Source: the human T2T-CHM13v2.0 reference genome, Homo sapiens
Assembly (NCBI RefSeq): GCF_009914755.1
Contig: NC_060931.1
DNA: 64,000 nucleotides
Reading direction: 5' to 3' (one strand)
A program made the translations under genes and the position numbers. Positions 39,809 to 55,730 of the stretch are shown here, one piece after another (positions within the stretch are counted from its first letter, which is position 1; every line of letters begins with the position of its first letter). Under the pieces are notes generated by a model that had not been told where the DNA came from, did not search any database, and saw nothing but the letters and a program-made list of their open reading frames with translations.

Positions 39809-41841
39809 AAGAACAGAAGCCAGATCAGAGTTGCAGTCTTCTCTATTCATAAGTGTAGAGGTACCATTACTTAAGAACATGGGAGCTTCTCAGTTGACTG
39901 GAAACTCCCTTCTAGAACCCCTGCTGAATTGTGCTCCACCAACTCTCTCTGCTTTCTTTCTTGTTAGCATGATTGTACTAAGGATAATATGGAGCTTCAG
40001 TGGCCTCTTTGGGAAACTTAAGTTCTCCTGACACTGGTGGCTTCTCTAAGCCCTCTACCCCTCCCATTGCATTCACAACTCCTTTATCCTTGTACCACCC
40101 TTGACCATCCCATCAGCTCCCTTGAATCCTTCAGTGTGTCCACTTCAAATCTTTGCCTTCCCTATCCCCGCTGTCCACGCTGCCAGACTTTTGACTTCCC
40201 ACTTCAGCCCCCCAGTCACTTGAACTTCAGTCCCTCTGCCCTCAGTGGGAACTTTGAAGGGTCTCTGGACCTCCAAAAGCAAATTTCTGAGGTTGGAAAG
40301 AGAAAGACAGAAAAAGGGCTATTAATAATTGGAAAAAGAAAATTGAGTCCACAGCCTCCATCAGATTATATATTAGGGCAAATGAAAAATCTTAAATGTC
40401 TCCCCTACAGATATTGGTAAAAAGCATTAGGCCTCATGTTGAGTAGGTGAAGTTAAATTGCTCCATCTGTCAGAAACACATTTCAGATAAAAATACAAAG
40501 TGGAGTAAAGAGGGGCAAAGTATTCATTTAAACCAGTGAGTTTTGTCTTGGTATCTTTAACTCATGGCTAAAATTTTAGAATGAAAGCTATAAGATTTTT
40601 GTTTTGTGTCTGTCTGTCTGTATGTTTATGTATGTCTAAACATGTATGTTATATACACATAACATTTTCTTACCTCTGGATGGTATTACCAAATTAATTT
40701 ATAAAATCTGTTAAAGGAGTTCTATTCAATTTGGCATAGAGATGAATGAGCACTTGTATAAATTGAATACTCATTAAACTCCTAGAAATATAGAAACTAA
40801 TTCAAATTCACATGACTTGAGTAAATCTTTGGTAAATAAGATTAGTTTAATATGTTGATTTAATAAGAACAGTCTTTTGAGTTTTCAGTATTATATGTGA
40901 GTAAACATTTTTATTCTACTTAGGTTTAGTAGTCAAATAATGTAAAAATAACAGAGAAACAACTCGAAATGATGGCTAGTTATGTTTATTCTTATAGTAT
41001 GTCGGCCTAAAAACAGTTGCCAAAATCCTTTTGGTGGCTTGCAGCCTTAGAGTTATGCAATAGATATTCATTGAGAATTTCTAAGTAGGATAAAGTACTG
41101 AAACACACACTACTAAGCATAAGTTTGAGTCCATATGCTTTTAGCTTTTTATCTTTATATGATATAGAGAGATCAAATACATCTGAGTCTGTTAATGAAA
41201 AATTATACTATCAGAAAGCATATGCCTTCAAAAATAGTGAAATAATATGTTAATAAATTTGCTAGCCTGCTACAGAATACTTGTATGTGACAGACAATTC
41301 ACAATGTATCCTTCCTAGTTTTCTCTGTAAAAGGAGGTTACTAATGGTTAAAAATTATAATCAATATTTGGAAATAAAGCTACCAGAAACAATAAAGGTG
41401 AAGAGAAACAATTTGGTATGCAAAATATGCAAGAAAAATGGGATGTGTTTTTGATTAAAAAAGGTATGAAGTAAGCAGAATGTGTTTTTGTTAAATGAAA
41501 CACAAGTTTTTTATTCTAAAATAGAATGGCTCGTTGTTCCAGAATGAGAAAGAAGAAAATGTAGGAGAAAGCAAATCTTTAATGGATATAAAAATTGTAG
41601 AAGTTTTGTGGTAAAGGAATTTTTAAAAAGGAATTTTATGTGTGGTCAAATTGGCTAAAGATTTGAATGGATTTATTTATAAGTTTGTTTTTTTAAAAAA
41701 ACTTTAATACCAAAAGCATATTGATGAAAAATTAAAATGACAAAGTTTTCTTGGATTATTGGTCTGTTCTTAGTAACAGATTGTTAAAGGCTTTTTTTGG
41801 GGGGTGGTGCGGAATTGCTGTGCTTTATGTCTTATGACGTC

Positions 41842-42146
<305 letters not shown>

Positions 42147-42159
42147 ATTATCATGTTTT

Positions 42160-42297
42160 CTTTGTTTTTTAATTTAATTTAATTCTAAGTTCTGGAATAC
42201 ACTTGCAGGACATGCAGGTTTGTTACATAGGTAAACGTGTACCATGGTGGTTTGCTGCACTTATCAACCCATCACCCAGGTGTTAAGCCCCTCATGC
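42160..42297 (-). mobile_element. L1PA (about PA8-10) extreme 3' tip
   Basis: taagttctggaatacacttgcaggacatgcaggtttgttacataggtaaacgtgtaccatggtggtttgctgcac. Confidence 0.85.
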
Positions 42298-42718
42298 CTT
42301 TTAATTAAGAGAACTGACATGTCTCAGTTTTAAAAGAGTTAAGGTTTTTTACATTTTTACAATTTTGCCTTCCCAAAATCAAATCCTAAACGAAATCTTG
42401 TTGTAGAACTGACTGAGATTTACTTGTGGGTCCCTTGTAAAGAGAAATGTTAAAAATAATTAGGTTTATTTAATATGTTAAATTGCATGGGGAACATTGT
42501 AAAACAAGAAGCGATGTTTCACTTTTCCTATGTTATATGTATATGGGTAAATACTATTAATATACATATTTCAGAAATTCTATAAAGTTCATAGAAATTT
42601 GTCACTACCTTTGCCATTCATATTTCCTGGTATAATGTTATCATCAGTCATAATTCGTTATTTTTAAAAATGTTGTATGTAACAGAAATAACCAAATTTC
42701 CTTCTCAAATTAATTCCT

Positions 42719-42720
42719 TT

Positions 42721-42751
<31 letters not shown>

Positions 42752-43035
42752 GTGAGATGAAGTCTCGCTTTGTTGCCAAGGCTGGAGTGCAGTGGCGTGA
42801 TCTCAGCTCACTGCAGCATTTACCACCCATGCTCAAGCAATCCTCCCACTCAGCCTCCCGAGTAGCTGGGATTACAGGCGTCCACCACCATGCCTGGCTA
42901 ATTTTTGTATTTTTTGTAGAGATGGGGTTTTGCCATGTTGGCCAAGCTGGTCTCCAATTCCTGAGCTCAAGCAATACCCACCTCCTCAGTCTCCCAAAGT
43001 GCTGGGATTACAGGCCTGAGCCACTGCACCCAGTT
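42719..43035 (-). mobile_element. AluJ inside MER31-int
   Basis: J diagnostics (gctcaagcaatcctccca). Perfect 14-bp TSD tcaaattaattcct at 42705 and 43037. Confidence 0.95.
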
Positions 43036-46000
43036 GTCAAATTAATTCCTATAAAATCTTTAATCATGGTCATATAAAATATTTCTCATCCGTATAGTTT
43101 TTGTTTCACTCTGATTCTTCTCTGAAAGCATTTGTAACCAGCTATTGCCCAGAATGATTCCTGATGTCATTGCTTAAACAACTTTGAGACCATTTCACTG
43201 GACTGAGTAAGGATTTGCCAAACATTAGTGGAGAAATTGATAGGTTTTAATGAAACTGCAAACCTAAGATCAAGCAGAATGGTTTTTGTTTTGGAACATA
43301 GCTGTTTTTAAATGTTTTATTTTCCATATTTAAGGAACCCTTTTCTCTTGCTACACTTTTGTAAATAGAAATGGAACAGTTATCTTTCTCCCTACTGATG
43401 CCTCCAGAATTTGGAAACTCATTGAATTTTCTTATTTTCATGGCCATTCGTTATTGGCATAAGTTTAATAAGAATCTGTTCTTCTTGTAATAGGACATAA
43501 TTGGGAACATTGGTTATGTTACCAAGGTTTTAACTGGAATGCCATATTTGAGAATTATGTGCATGGAATCTGGTTTAAGGAACTAAAGTTGACTTTATGA
43601 AGCCAAGATTTACAATGGTCTCTTTGAAAAGCTACCCTGGTACCTGGGTTACAAGATTCCCAGCATCAGAGGTGAATAAGGAAAGTCATTTACTGGCAGC
43701 ACCAGGAATATTGAAATATCTTGGGGACCTCAAGAAGAGAGGAATTCACCCAAATCTATAGGTCCAAAGTTAAGTCTGTTGGTGAGTTCTTGGCTTGGCT
43801 TCTTAGCCTCAAGAGACTTCTAAAAGTCTAATCTGAGATTCCTGATGAAACTTTCAGCAAAACAAACTCAAAAAGGCATGTGTGATCAGGTACCATTTTT
43901 GCTGCACATATGTAATTAATCAGGCCAAATCTAATGAGACTAGGCATATTTTGTCAACAAGAATCAAAATGGAAGTAACTGTAGAGATAAATTTTATGTA
44001 TTGATAAAAACCTATAGTGTACCCTTGTGGGTTCTCAATTCTTCTGGTTTCCTCTGACGTGGCTACAATTCTGAAAACTAAAGTTTCCAATTTTTCTCCC
44101 AGCCTCCTGACTTGGAGTTACTAAGAAATAAAACTGCTCTTTTCTGAAGCTGGGTGATTTAATATAAACTTTGAAGAAATCACTGCAATAGATCATGTAC
44201 GGGCAAACCTTGTGCCTGCTTCTGTGTGAGCCACTCAGAAAGTTCATCAGAACTCCTGATGCCATCACCAAAGACATTCAAAACACAGACAAGGACATCT
44301 GTGGGACTGCCACTTTCGTCCTTGAGAAAAACATTTAGAAATTTTCTCAATTGGCTGGTCCCTGGACTCAAACGAAGTTTCCAACTACTTATCCTTGTTT
44401 TACTTTAATTTTCATAGAAATTCCTTTCATTGTATTCCTGACTGTTAGCACTATTCAGCAAATATCCTCTACTAGCAGCTTCCAAGAGATGGTTCAGCTA
44501 ATCCTTAATGAATAAAAGGCAACCAAAAAAGAAATGCACTTACATTGTTCCAAGGAAAGAAGAATGTATCTTCTTCCCTTTAACAAGAGGAAGAACTGAC
44601 ATTGATTTTTCCCTGGACCAAATTTTAGTCGGCTGCTGTGAGCCCCACTAGGCCTTGTCCTTGGGAATATCCTCCAAGAGCCTAATTTTAGCAAGAATTC
44701 TGCTAAGTAAGTTCACCAGAACCCCCCACCCTTGATATCTAGTTACCCTCTAATCTGACCAAACTCTTCATCCATACCATCCCTGAGTTGATGTCTGATC
44801 CCCTGGCCTGCCTTCAGCAAGAATCATAATAGGTGGGTTCAGCCAAAATCTATCTTTACCTCTGATGTGTTCCTCTTAATAATTTTCCATCTACCAACTA
44901 CACGCTCTTTAACCATAAATTCCCACTTTTCCTTGTATTCATAATTTTGCCCAATTCTATACTGAGATATCTTTTCCCCTGTTGAAGTAGTTTCCAAGTA
45001 AATCCTGTTTTTACCACCTTAACTATTGTTAGGGTCTCATTTTTCTTTGACAAAGGGAACCAGCTGTACAGAGAGTCTAAGGAGAGAGATTCTTTAGGAC
45101 TCTTTGGAAGAAATAATTTTGTTATGTAAAAGTAAAGTGGGGTGAAGAGTGGGAAATCTTGTGTTTCTGTTTTAGAAAAAAAAATTTCTGACTTTAGAAT
45201 ATATATTTTCTATTAGGTAGTCTGCTGTCTTGTATTTGGTTGATAACTTTGGTATTGGTTGTTTTAAACTAGAAATAAGATATGCCATGTAATTTTTTGC
45301 TTCTGAATTTATTTGTTAAAATTGATTCAACTATTGTCTCTGTGCAGGAGAAACAATGTAAATGGATTAAATGTTTTTTGAGGCACTGAAAAATGGTCAT
45401 TGAGCCAATATATTAGTAAGATGGTGAGATGGTAATGGCATTGAGCTAGATCTTGGTGATAGAGTTCTGTGATTAATATAACCGCAATGGAAACACAGAA
45501 GCTAGTTTACAGATGGGTAGCAGAGGACACATACTTACAGAAAAATTCAATGGCAATTTGCCAACATCAAAGTCCAGGTACAGAATGACAATTATCCAAT
45601 TAAGAAAGTATGTAGACAATGTTGGATCCATGTGAATGTTTCTAATGTTCGTGGCATTTGGATTGATGCCAGTGGAATTTGGCCCAGTAGGAACCAAGAC
45701 TACGATTCAAGGAAATGATGTCTTAGGAGGATGAAATTGCAAAGGTAAAAGCCCCAGACAATTAGGCACCCTCATTCACAATGGGGACTTTCAGATATTT
45801 CCTAAATTTGCAGGAAAACAGGAAAGCTACTTTTCAAGAAGGGCAACATCCATGAGGATTTTATGTTGTATATCTTAGGTTAGCAGCATCTATTTAGCAA
45901 TGGAGGCCTCTTTGGGTTATTGATTTATTTATTTTTATAATTTCTTATATAAATGAAAACAGAGAACATTTAGATTCTGTTTTCCAAATTATGTAACCCT

Positions 46001-46136
46001 CCTCCTGAAGCTTGGTACTGAGAAAAGCCATGACCCTACTTTTTCCCCATAATTAAAATCTGGCTCTAATTAAGTAAAAAGTAAAGCATTCTTTAATATG
46101 ATTGCCTTAGTACCCTTAAGGCATTTCAGATTACTT

Positions 46137-46208
46137 AACACTAACGGTAAGACATAGATCTTGCTTGTAATACTAATGGTAAGACATGGATCTTGCTTGT
46201 GATCTTGC
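46137..46208. repeat. Tandem duplication, 2 x 32 bp plus a partial copy
   Basis: aacactaacggtaagacatagatcttgcttgt / aatactaatggtaagacatggatcttgcttgt / gatcttgc. Confidence 0.9.
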
Positions 46209-46368
46209 AGTTTGCTTGGACAAATTTTTTTTTTTTAATCTTCATCTTGTGAGGCCTCGGCAGGTTTTAATGAACATTTCTAATTCATACAGTTTGTCTC
46301 TTTTAACTACCTTCTGTAAACATCTGTAGCAGCTGGCAACTTTTTACACACTGAAAACACAGAAAAGG

Positions 46369-46935
46369 GGCTGGGTGCAGTGGCTCGTGCCTGTAATCCC
46401 AGCACTTTGGATTGCTTGAGCCCAGGGGTTTGAAACCAACCTGGGCAATATAGTGAGACCCCTGTCTCTACAAAAATTTTTTAAAAAATCAGGGCCGGGC
46501 ATGGTGGCTCATGCCTGTAATGCCAGCATTTTGGGAGGCTGAGGTGAGCAGATCACTTGAACACAGGAGTTCAAGACCAGTCTGGGCAATACAGCCAAAC
46601 CCCATCTTTACCAAATAAATAAATAAATAATAATAAGCCAGGTGTGGTGGTGCATGCCTGTAGTCCCAGCTACCAGAGAGGCTGAAGTGAGAGGGTCACC
46701 TGGGCCTGGAAGGTCAAGGCTTCAGTGAGCCATGATCATGCCACTGCACTCCATTCTGGACAATAGAGTGAGATCCTGTCTCAAAAAAAAAAAAAATTAG
46801 CTGGGCATGGTGGCACCTACTTGAGAGGCTGAGGCTGGAGGATCACTTGAGCCTGGGAGATCAAGGTAGTGCATCATTATTGTGCCACTGCACTCCAATC
46901 TGGGTGATAGAGTGAGATCCTGCATTGAAAAAGAA

Positions 46936-46966
<31 letters not shown>
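46369..46966 (+). mobile_element. Nested Alus: outer AluJ (left arm 46369-46492, right arm 46801-46927, (GAAA)n tail) with inner AluJ 46493-46796
   Basis: Arm order is L, L-R, R. Inner TSD aaaaaatcag / aaaaaattag. Confidence 0.88.
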
Positions 46967-47774
46967 GGAAAACTTTTGTTGTTAACGTTATATATATTGC
47001 ACAAATAATATACATTCATTAGAAAAAATTAGAAAATAAAGCAAAAGAAGAAAACTCATCTATAATCAAAACACTGAGACAAGTAACTAATACCTTTTTG
47101 ATGTGGAGTCTTCATACTTCTCATACATACATAACTACAAAATATGCACATATTTTAATTGTAAGTTGGAACAAAATCTGCTTTCATATAACTCAATCCT
47201 TTATCATGAACACATTTCCATTCCTTTTTGATATGTAAGTCTTCATTCTCAGTAATACACAGAATTCAAATAGTGGATTTATTACTTTTTTCACTTAAGC
47301 ATCTATTAATGAATATTAGAGTTGTTCTTAATTTTTCACTAATGAAAGAACTCTACAATGACTATTCTCTTGAATATATCCTTGCCAACATGTGCAATTA
47401 TTTCCTTATGATATAGTACTAGAAGTAGAATTTTTTGATCAAATTTTAAACGTTTTTTTGTTTATGCTATGAAATTACCTTTTAGAAATTTTGTACCGAC
47501 TTCAATTCTAAAGAATGTTGGGGGAAACGAAATAAGACATCTTACAGATCTAGGGCAAGTACGAAGATCTAAAAGAACTATCTCTTTGCAAAACATTATG
47601 CATTTTGATGTGTACTGTACATTAAATCAACTTTTTTTAATTCAAACATGCAAAAATTTACAGTTCTTTCAGATAAACTGCTCTCTCCTCTTCAACATTT
47701 GGCATAACAAGTACTTTGTGCAAATACTCTTCAAATTTCGAATGAAAGGGAAGAATCACAAATATGCTTTCTAA

Positions 47775-50937
<3,163 letters not shown>

Positions 50938-51420
50938 AAGAAGAAATAAGATTATACAGGACAAATTACTTGGAAACTTATTAAAATAAGGATACTTCAA
51001 AGAAAAAGCTATGAAATGCGACTAAAGTTATAGTTAGTTTTCAAATATACAAACCATTCAACTTAAGGAGTTAGGAAAAAACAATAAAAGAAAATTGCTA
51101 TCAGTTAGAGACAACGTATGTTTTTGCTTCTAATTTAAATTAAAGCCAAGTAGAGAGTAACAATTTAATTGTTCCATATATATATAAATGAGAATTTATA
51201 AGTAAGGATTTAATAAATATAAAAGATAAAATGAATGAGGTATGAATGATCTAAAAAACAAAACCAATAGCATTTGTAAAGTTAACGTGAATAAAAAGAG
51301 CTGTTAGATGATTTTTAAAGAACGGGCTTGGCAGCCAATATTTATTTATGTTTGCCTGTTTCTGTGATATTTTTCTATATTGCAGAAAACAAAGGTCCTT
51401 CTATGACTAATGAAATTCAA

Positions 51421-51864
51421 TATCAAGAACTGGAAACATCTGAAGTTTTACCCTTCTTGCAAGCTATCATGTTAGTCTGCCACTGCTTCATGGAAGCTGC
51501 CAGAAGACATGAGACTCTTAGGCTAGATATTAATGACTTTATTATTCAGAACAGCAAAAACCAGAGTATCAGCATTTGCATTGGTTCTGGAAGACACAAA
51601 TCTACAGGATAATACAAAGAAGTCTGGGTAATACCTGCACACATAATGGGGTGGGGTACAAGAGAGGAATTCTAAACATAGGGTACCTGAATCTTTTAAA
51701 ATGAGCAGTAATTCTATCTGGTCTTCACCCTAGAGAGAGACATTTTCTCTGTCATTTGCTATATAAACATCCTTCAAAAGATAATTTGAAATAAAGTCAG
51801 TGAGTGCCTTCATTTGCAAGATGTCCAGAAATGTGAGAGACCCATGGAAAACAGTCTCCTAGCA
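51421..51864 (-). mobile_element. LTR47-like solo LTR
   Basis: Minus strand reads tgctaggagactgttttccatgggtctctcacatttctggacatcttgc...gagtctcatgtcttctggcagcttccatgaagcagtggcagactaac...gttcttgata. Confidence 0.75.
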
Positions 51865-52259
51865 GAAAAAAAGAGAAGGAAGCACAATTAGTGAGTAAGC
51901 AGCTGATTTGTAGATTTGTAGGATTATAATAAAGCAGATTGAAATTTTTGCCTGCATTTTCCCAATATTATCCAGCTGAATCACCCACTTTGATGCTGAA
52001 GGCAGCTGAGGAAATAAGTAGTGGTTTCTTGCAATTCCTTACTTCCCAATTTCTTGAATCTAACAGATCTTTGCTGTCTCTTCCAAACCAGGTTTTCAAA
52101 TTGTTTTGTAAGGTTATAGTTTGCTTTATTAATTTTTTCTGGCTTATTATATTTAGTGTGTCTTTCACTTTTCTGACCAAACTCTGGCTGATATGATAGA
52201 TAATGTAAGGATGTGGTTCAGAAAACAGATTCTCGCAGATGGGAATCTGTGATTTGCCC

Positions 52260-55200
52260 TTGGAAGGCCATAGTGACCCCATCATCAGTGGAAAGTAGGA
52301 TACTAGTAGTTGAAAGAAAACAATGGCAAACAACTTGTGTTTACAGAGGTACGAAATACTAAACCAGAAATAGGATTTGATCATGTGGTTTGCAAACGTA
52401 AAAGGAAAATTAAATTCTTAATTATGCCAGGGCTTCAATGTAAAAGTTGGGGTATTGATTAAGAAAGAGTAGAATTCCAGGAATTGGGATGAAAACTTTT
52501 TGATGAATTCCAAAAAGTCTGAGGACTTCAAACTGCCTACCTCATTGATCCTTAATTTCCATCAGAAACAGCCCATCTTTTCTGTTTGAGAACATCAGTC
52601 TTCCTTCACCTGAAGATTCTAAATGACCTCAATGATGTGTCCTCTTGTAAGGCAATGCCAATTTTATTCAATACCTACTACCACTCATTGCTTCCAGATC
52701 TATAATTAGAGGATGAAAACAAGACAAGTTGGGAATAACTACAAAGTCTAATCCGAGGGATAGCACATACACGAAAACAGAAACATTATCTTTCAAATTT
52801 ACCTTCACACAAACCAGGGGAGGAATGTAGGGAGGAATGACTGTAAACGTTTTGAAGCAGCACACACACACAAAAATACCATACCAGGTACCACATTAGA
52901 TTACTGATATGGGTACCTTTACCGGAGATTCTGGTGTGACTGTGACCTCAAGCAGGTGGGAGTGGTTCTCGTAGTTTATTCAGTCTGTTGATTTAAATCT
53001 GAACATAGAAGTGACCTAAATTAAATAAGGTTGAGGTGCCAGAATGTCCTTAGTTTAATGTAGACTAATGAATCTAAAAGCTTAAGGAAATAGGAATGAT
53101 GGAGGATGTTTTCATGGGAAACTCACATATTTTCCATTATTGTGTCCCTGAGGAGGATTTAGAGAACACTTCCTTCACCAAAGCTTTAAGAGATACCAGG
53201 GAAGGCAGATCCAGCATTGTTGCAAAGGTAGTGGTGGCTGTTCTTTGCAGGCAAGGAAAGACTGTGACAGATTAAGCCTCTTACATGGACTCATTGATTT
53301 TAAAGAAATAAAAGATCTCAGAATGACAGAAGCCGAATAGTAGCACTACCAACTGCCAGACACAAGGAGGTTCAATTACCATAAAGGGAAGAAGGGTACA
53401 GCAGAGTGGCTTGGCTGGGTCTAGGACTTGATAGTTAAGCAGCCTACTAACATTTTGTATAATATATACTTGATCTGGATATTTGATTGAAAAATAAAAC
53501 TATAGGTTTAGTGATTAGAGATCTGAATTGAGTCACTACAAAGCAGAGTCACAGCCTCTCACTGAAATGCCATATTTAATCTAGTACGTAGATCCAGAAC
53601 TTTTTGAATGAAGAACAAGCAGATTCCCTTTGGGAGAACCCCAACAAAATTACCATGAGTAGGTACTACGAATAATCCTTTTAGCCTTCCATCAACTAAA
53701 CTATGGCAATTTCCCAGGGGACACCATGCATTGAATAATGCAAATGGCCAGATTTCTAAGGCATTTTTGGACGTAAGTCCCAAACTGACCCTAAAACATG
53801 GAGCTTCAAACTGCTACGGCGAGACTGGTCTTATTGTGATCAGGCAATACGTGAGATTTTGGCTGCCAATAATGTCTATCATGTTGGAATGTGTACTAAT
53901 GTCTATTAAGTTGTAATAGTCATACTCAGCAACTGACAGAGTCCCCACATTGGGTTTCTGCCCTTTAGAAGACAGCCACTATAATAGGAAGGGAAAAATA
54001 GAAGCCGAGGGAGTGCTTCTCTCTAGCAAAGCAATAAATGAAAATTAAGGCCAAATCAAGGGCAGTTGCAGACTACTGCCACTATCAAATATGTGAAAAT
54101 GCAGAGTAAATTTTTAAATATCACATTCCTATTTAACTCAACTATTTGTTTTGTGAAGAAGACATACAGATCTTGCAGAATCTCTGTTGATTGTCATGAA
54201 ATTAATCAGGTGGTGACTCTAATTTTGGTTGCTGTTCCAGATGTGGTATCTTTAATGGAGTAAATCAATTTAGCTCCTATTATCCAGTATATAGTTAATA
54301 TTCGGGTATTTATCTGGAACTTTTTAATATAATTTGTGAAAAACAACAGAAAACAATTTGCTTTCATTTGGCAGAGACAGTAGTATGTCTTCATCATCTT
54401 ACCTAAGGACTATATAAACTCTTTCTCTCTCACAATAGTTTCTACAGGAAACCATCACACAGGATATAAAGTAGGAGGCTTAGTAACAGAGATATCTAGT
54501 GAAAGTGTATGTGAAAGCTCACAAAAACATTCCAGAGAAGGCTTTCAATAATAGTTGTACACAACCCATTCTGTGCAAGTCAGTTTGCCTCTTTTCTTAG
54601 TCATTTCATCACTGGATTCATGAATAAAATGGCCATTATGAAGATGAAGTCTAAACAAAGATTTTTATTCTGAGAAAGCTCATGTGGCAATCATGACAGC
54701 CAAAGAATGAAACAACCAATAGTGTAGACCAAACCGAGGCCCTGATATAGAACCATTTCCTAGTGTGACAAGTGAGCCAGTCAGTGGCAGAATAATTACT
54801 TTGGACCCCCGCCATTCTGGAAGGGAAGAAAACATTGCCTTTAGAAAAGATAATTTGGATATAAATTTGTATTTCTTCCCCCACATTGCTTTCACCAGCA
54901 TCACCACCTGCGTATAATACCTTATTCTCTCACTTGGTATCCCACATAATATGGCTTCGGACCAAAGAGCTCATTTTACAGTGAAAGTAGTCACTCATAT
55001 CAGTGAGACTTACTGGTGCTACCATGTACCACATTGTCTGAAGATGCTGTCTTAATGAAATAGCCCGATGGTCTATTGAAGAAACAGTACGTCACCTGCT
55101 GGGAGGACAAGAAGAGCCAACACATACACATAAAAGCTTGCAAGTCCAAGGTATCTTCTGACAAGATGTACAATATATTCCAATAGCAATTGATAGCAAT

Positions 55201-55730
55201 AATGACTAATAAATACATGATGCTGTTTCTACAATAGTCAGGACACATGGCTTTGAGAACGAAGGGGCTGGAGTGGGAATATTCCCTGCCCTGTTACCTC
55301 AACAATGCACCCAGTAAAAATTTTGTTTTCTCTTTCTGTAACTTTGAACTCTGCTGGATTATTGAGTTTAATTCTCACACACACACACACAAAAATGGTT
55401 CTATTCAACTGGAAACTGAGAATTCCATGGAACCACCTTGAGCTCCTTATACCACTGACTCAATGGACAAGGGAAGAGTTAAAGGTCTGAGATGATTGAT
55501 TCTGATTATTAGGGGAAAATAGGGTTGCTAGGGTTGCTTTTACGCACTCTTAGCCATTACTACTAATGCCTATTGCTGCTGTTGCTACTGCTGCTGCTAA
55601 TACTACTGGGAACACTTTAGGAATAATATTTAGTCACCCAACCAGGTAAAGAACTGCAACCAGACCAGAAATGCCAGCTGAGAGACAAGGGGCAAGAACT
55701 AGATACTGGAAGAAGGAAGTTGTAAAACCC
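52260..55730 (+). mobile_element. ERVL-class internal relic (gag, RT, integrase, dUTPase), all frames disrupted
   Basis: Translation FNSTICFVKKTYRSCRISVDCHEINQVVTLILVAVPDVVSLME matches the ERVL RT N-terminus (FNSPIWPV.K.DGSWRMTVDYRKLNQVV..IAAAVPDVVSLLE). MVLFNWKLRIPWNHLELLIPL matches ERVL dUTPase located after integrase. Confidence 0.82.
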
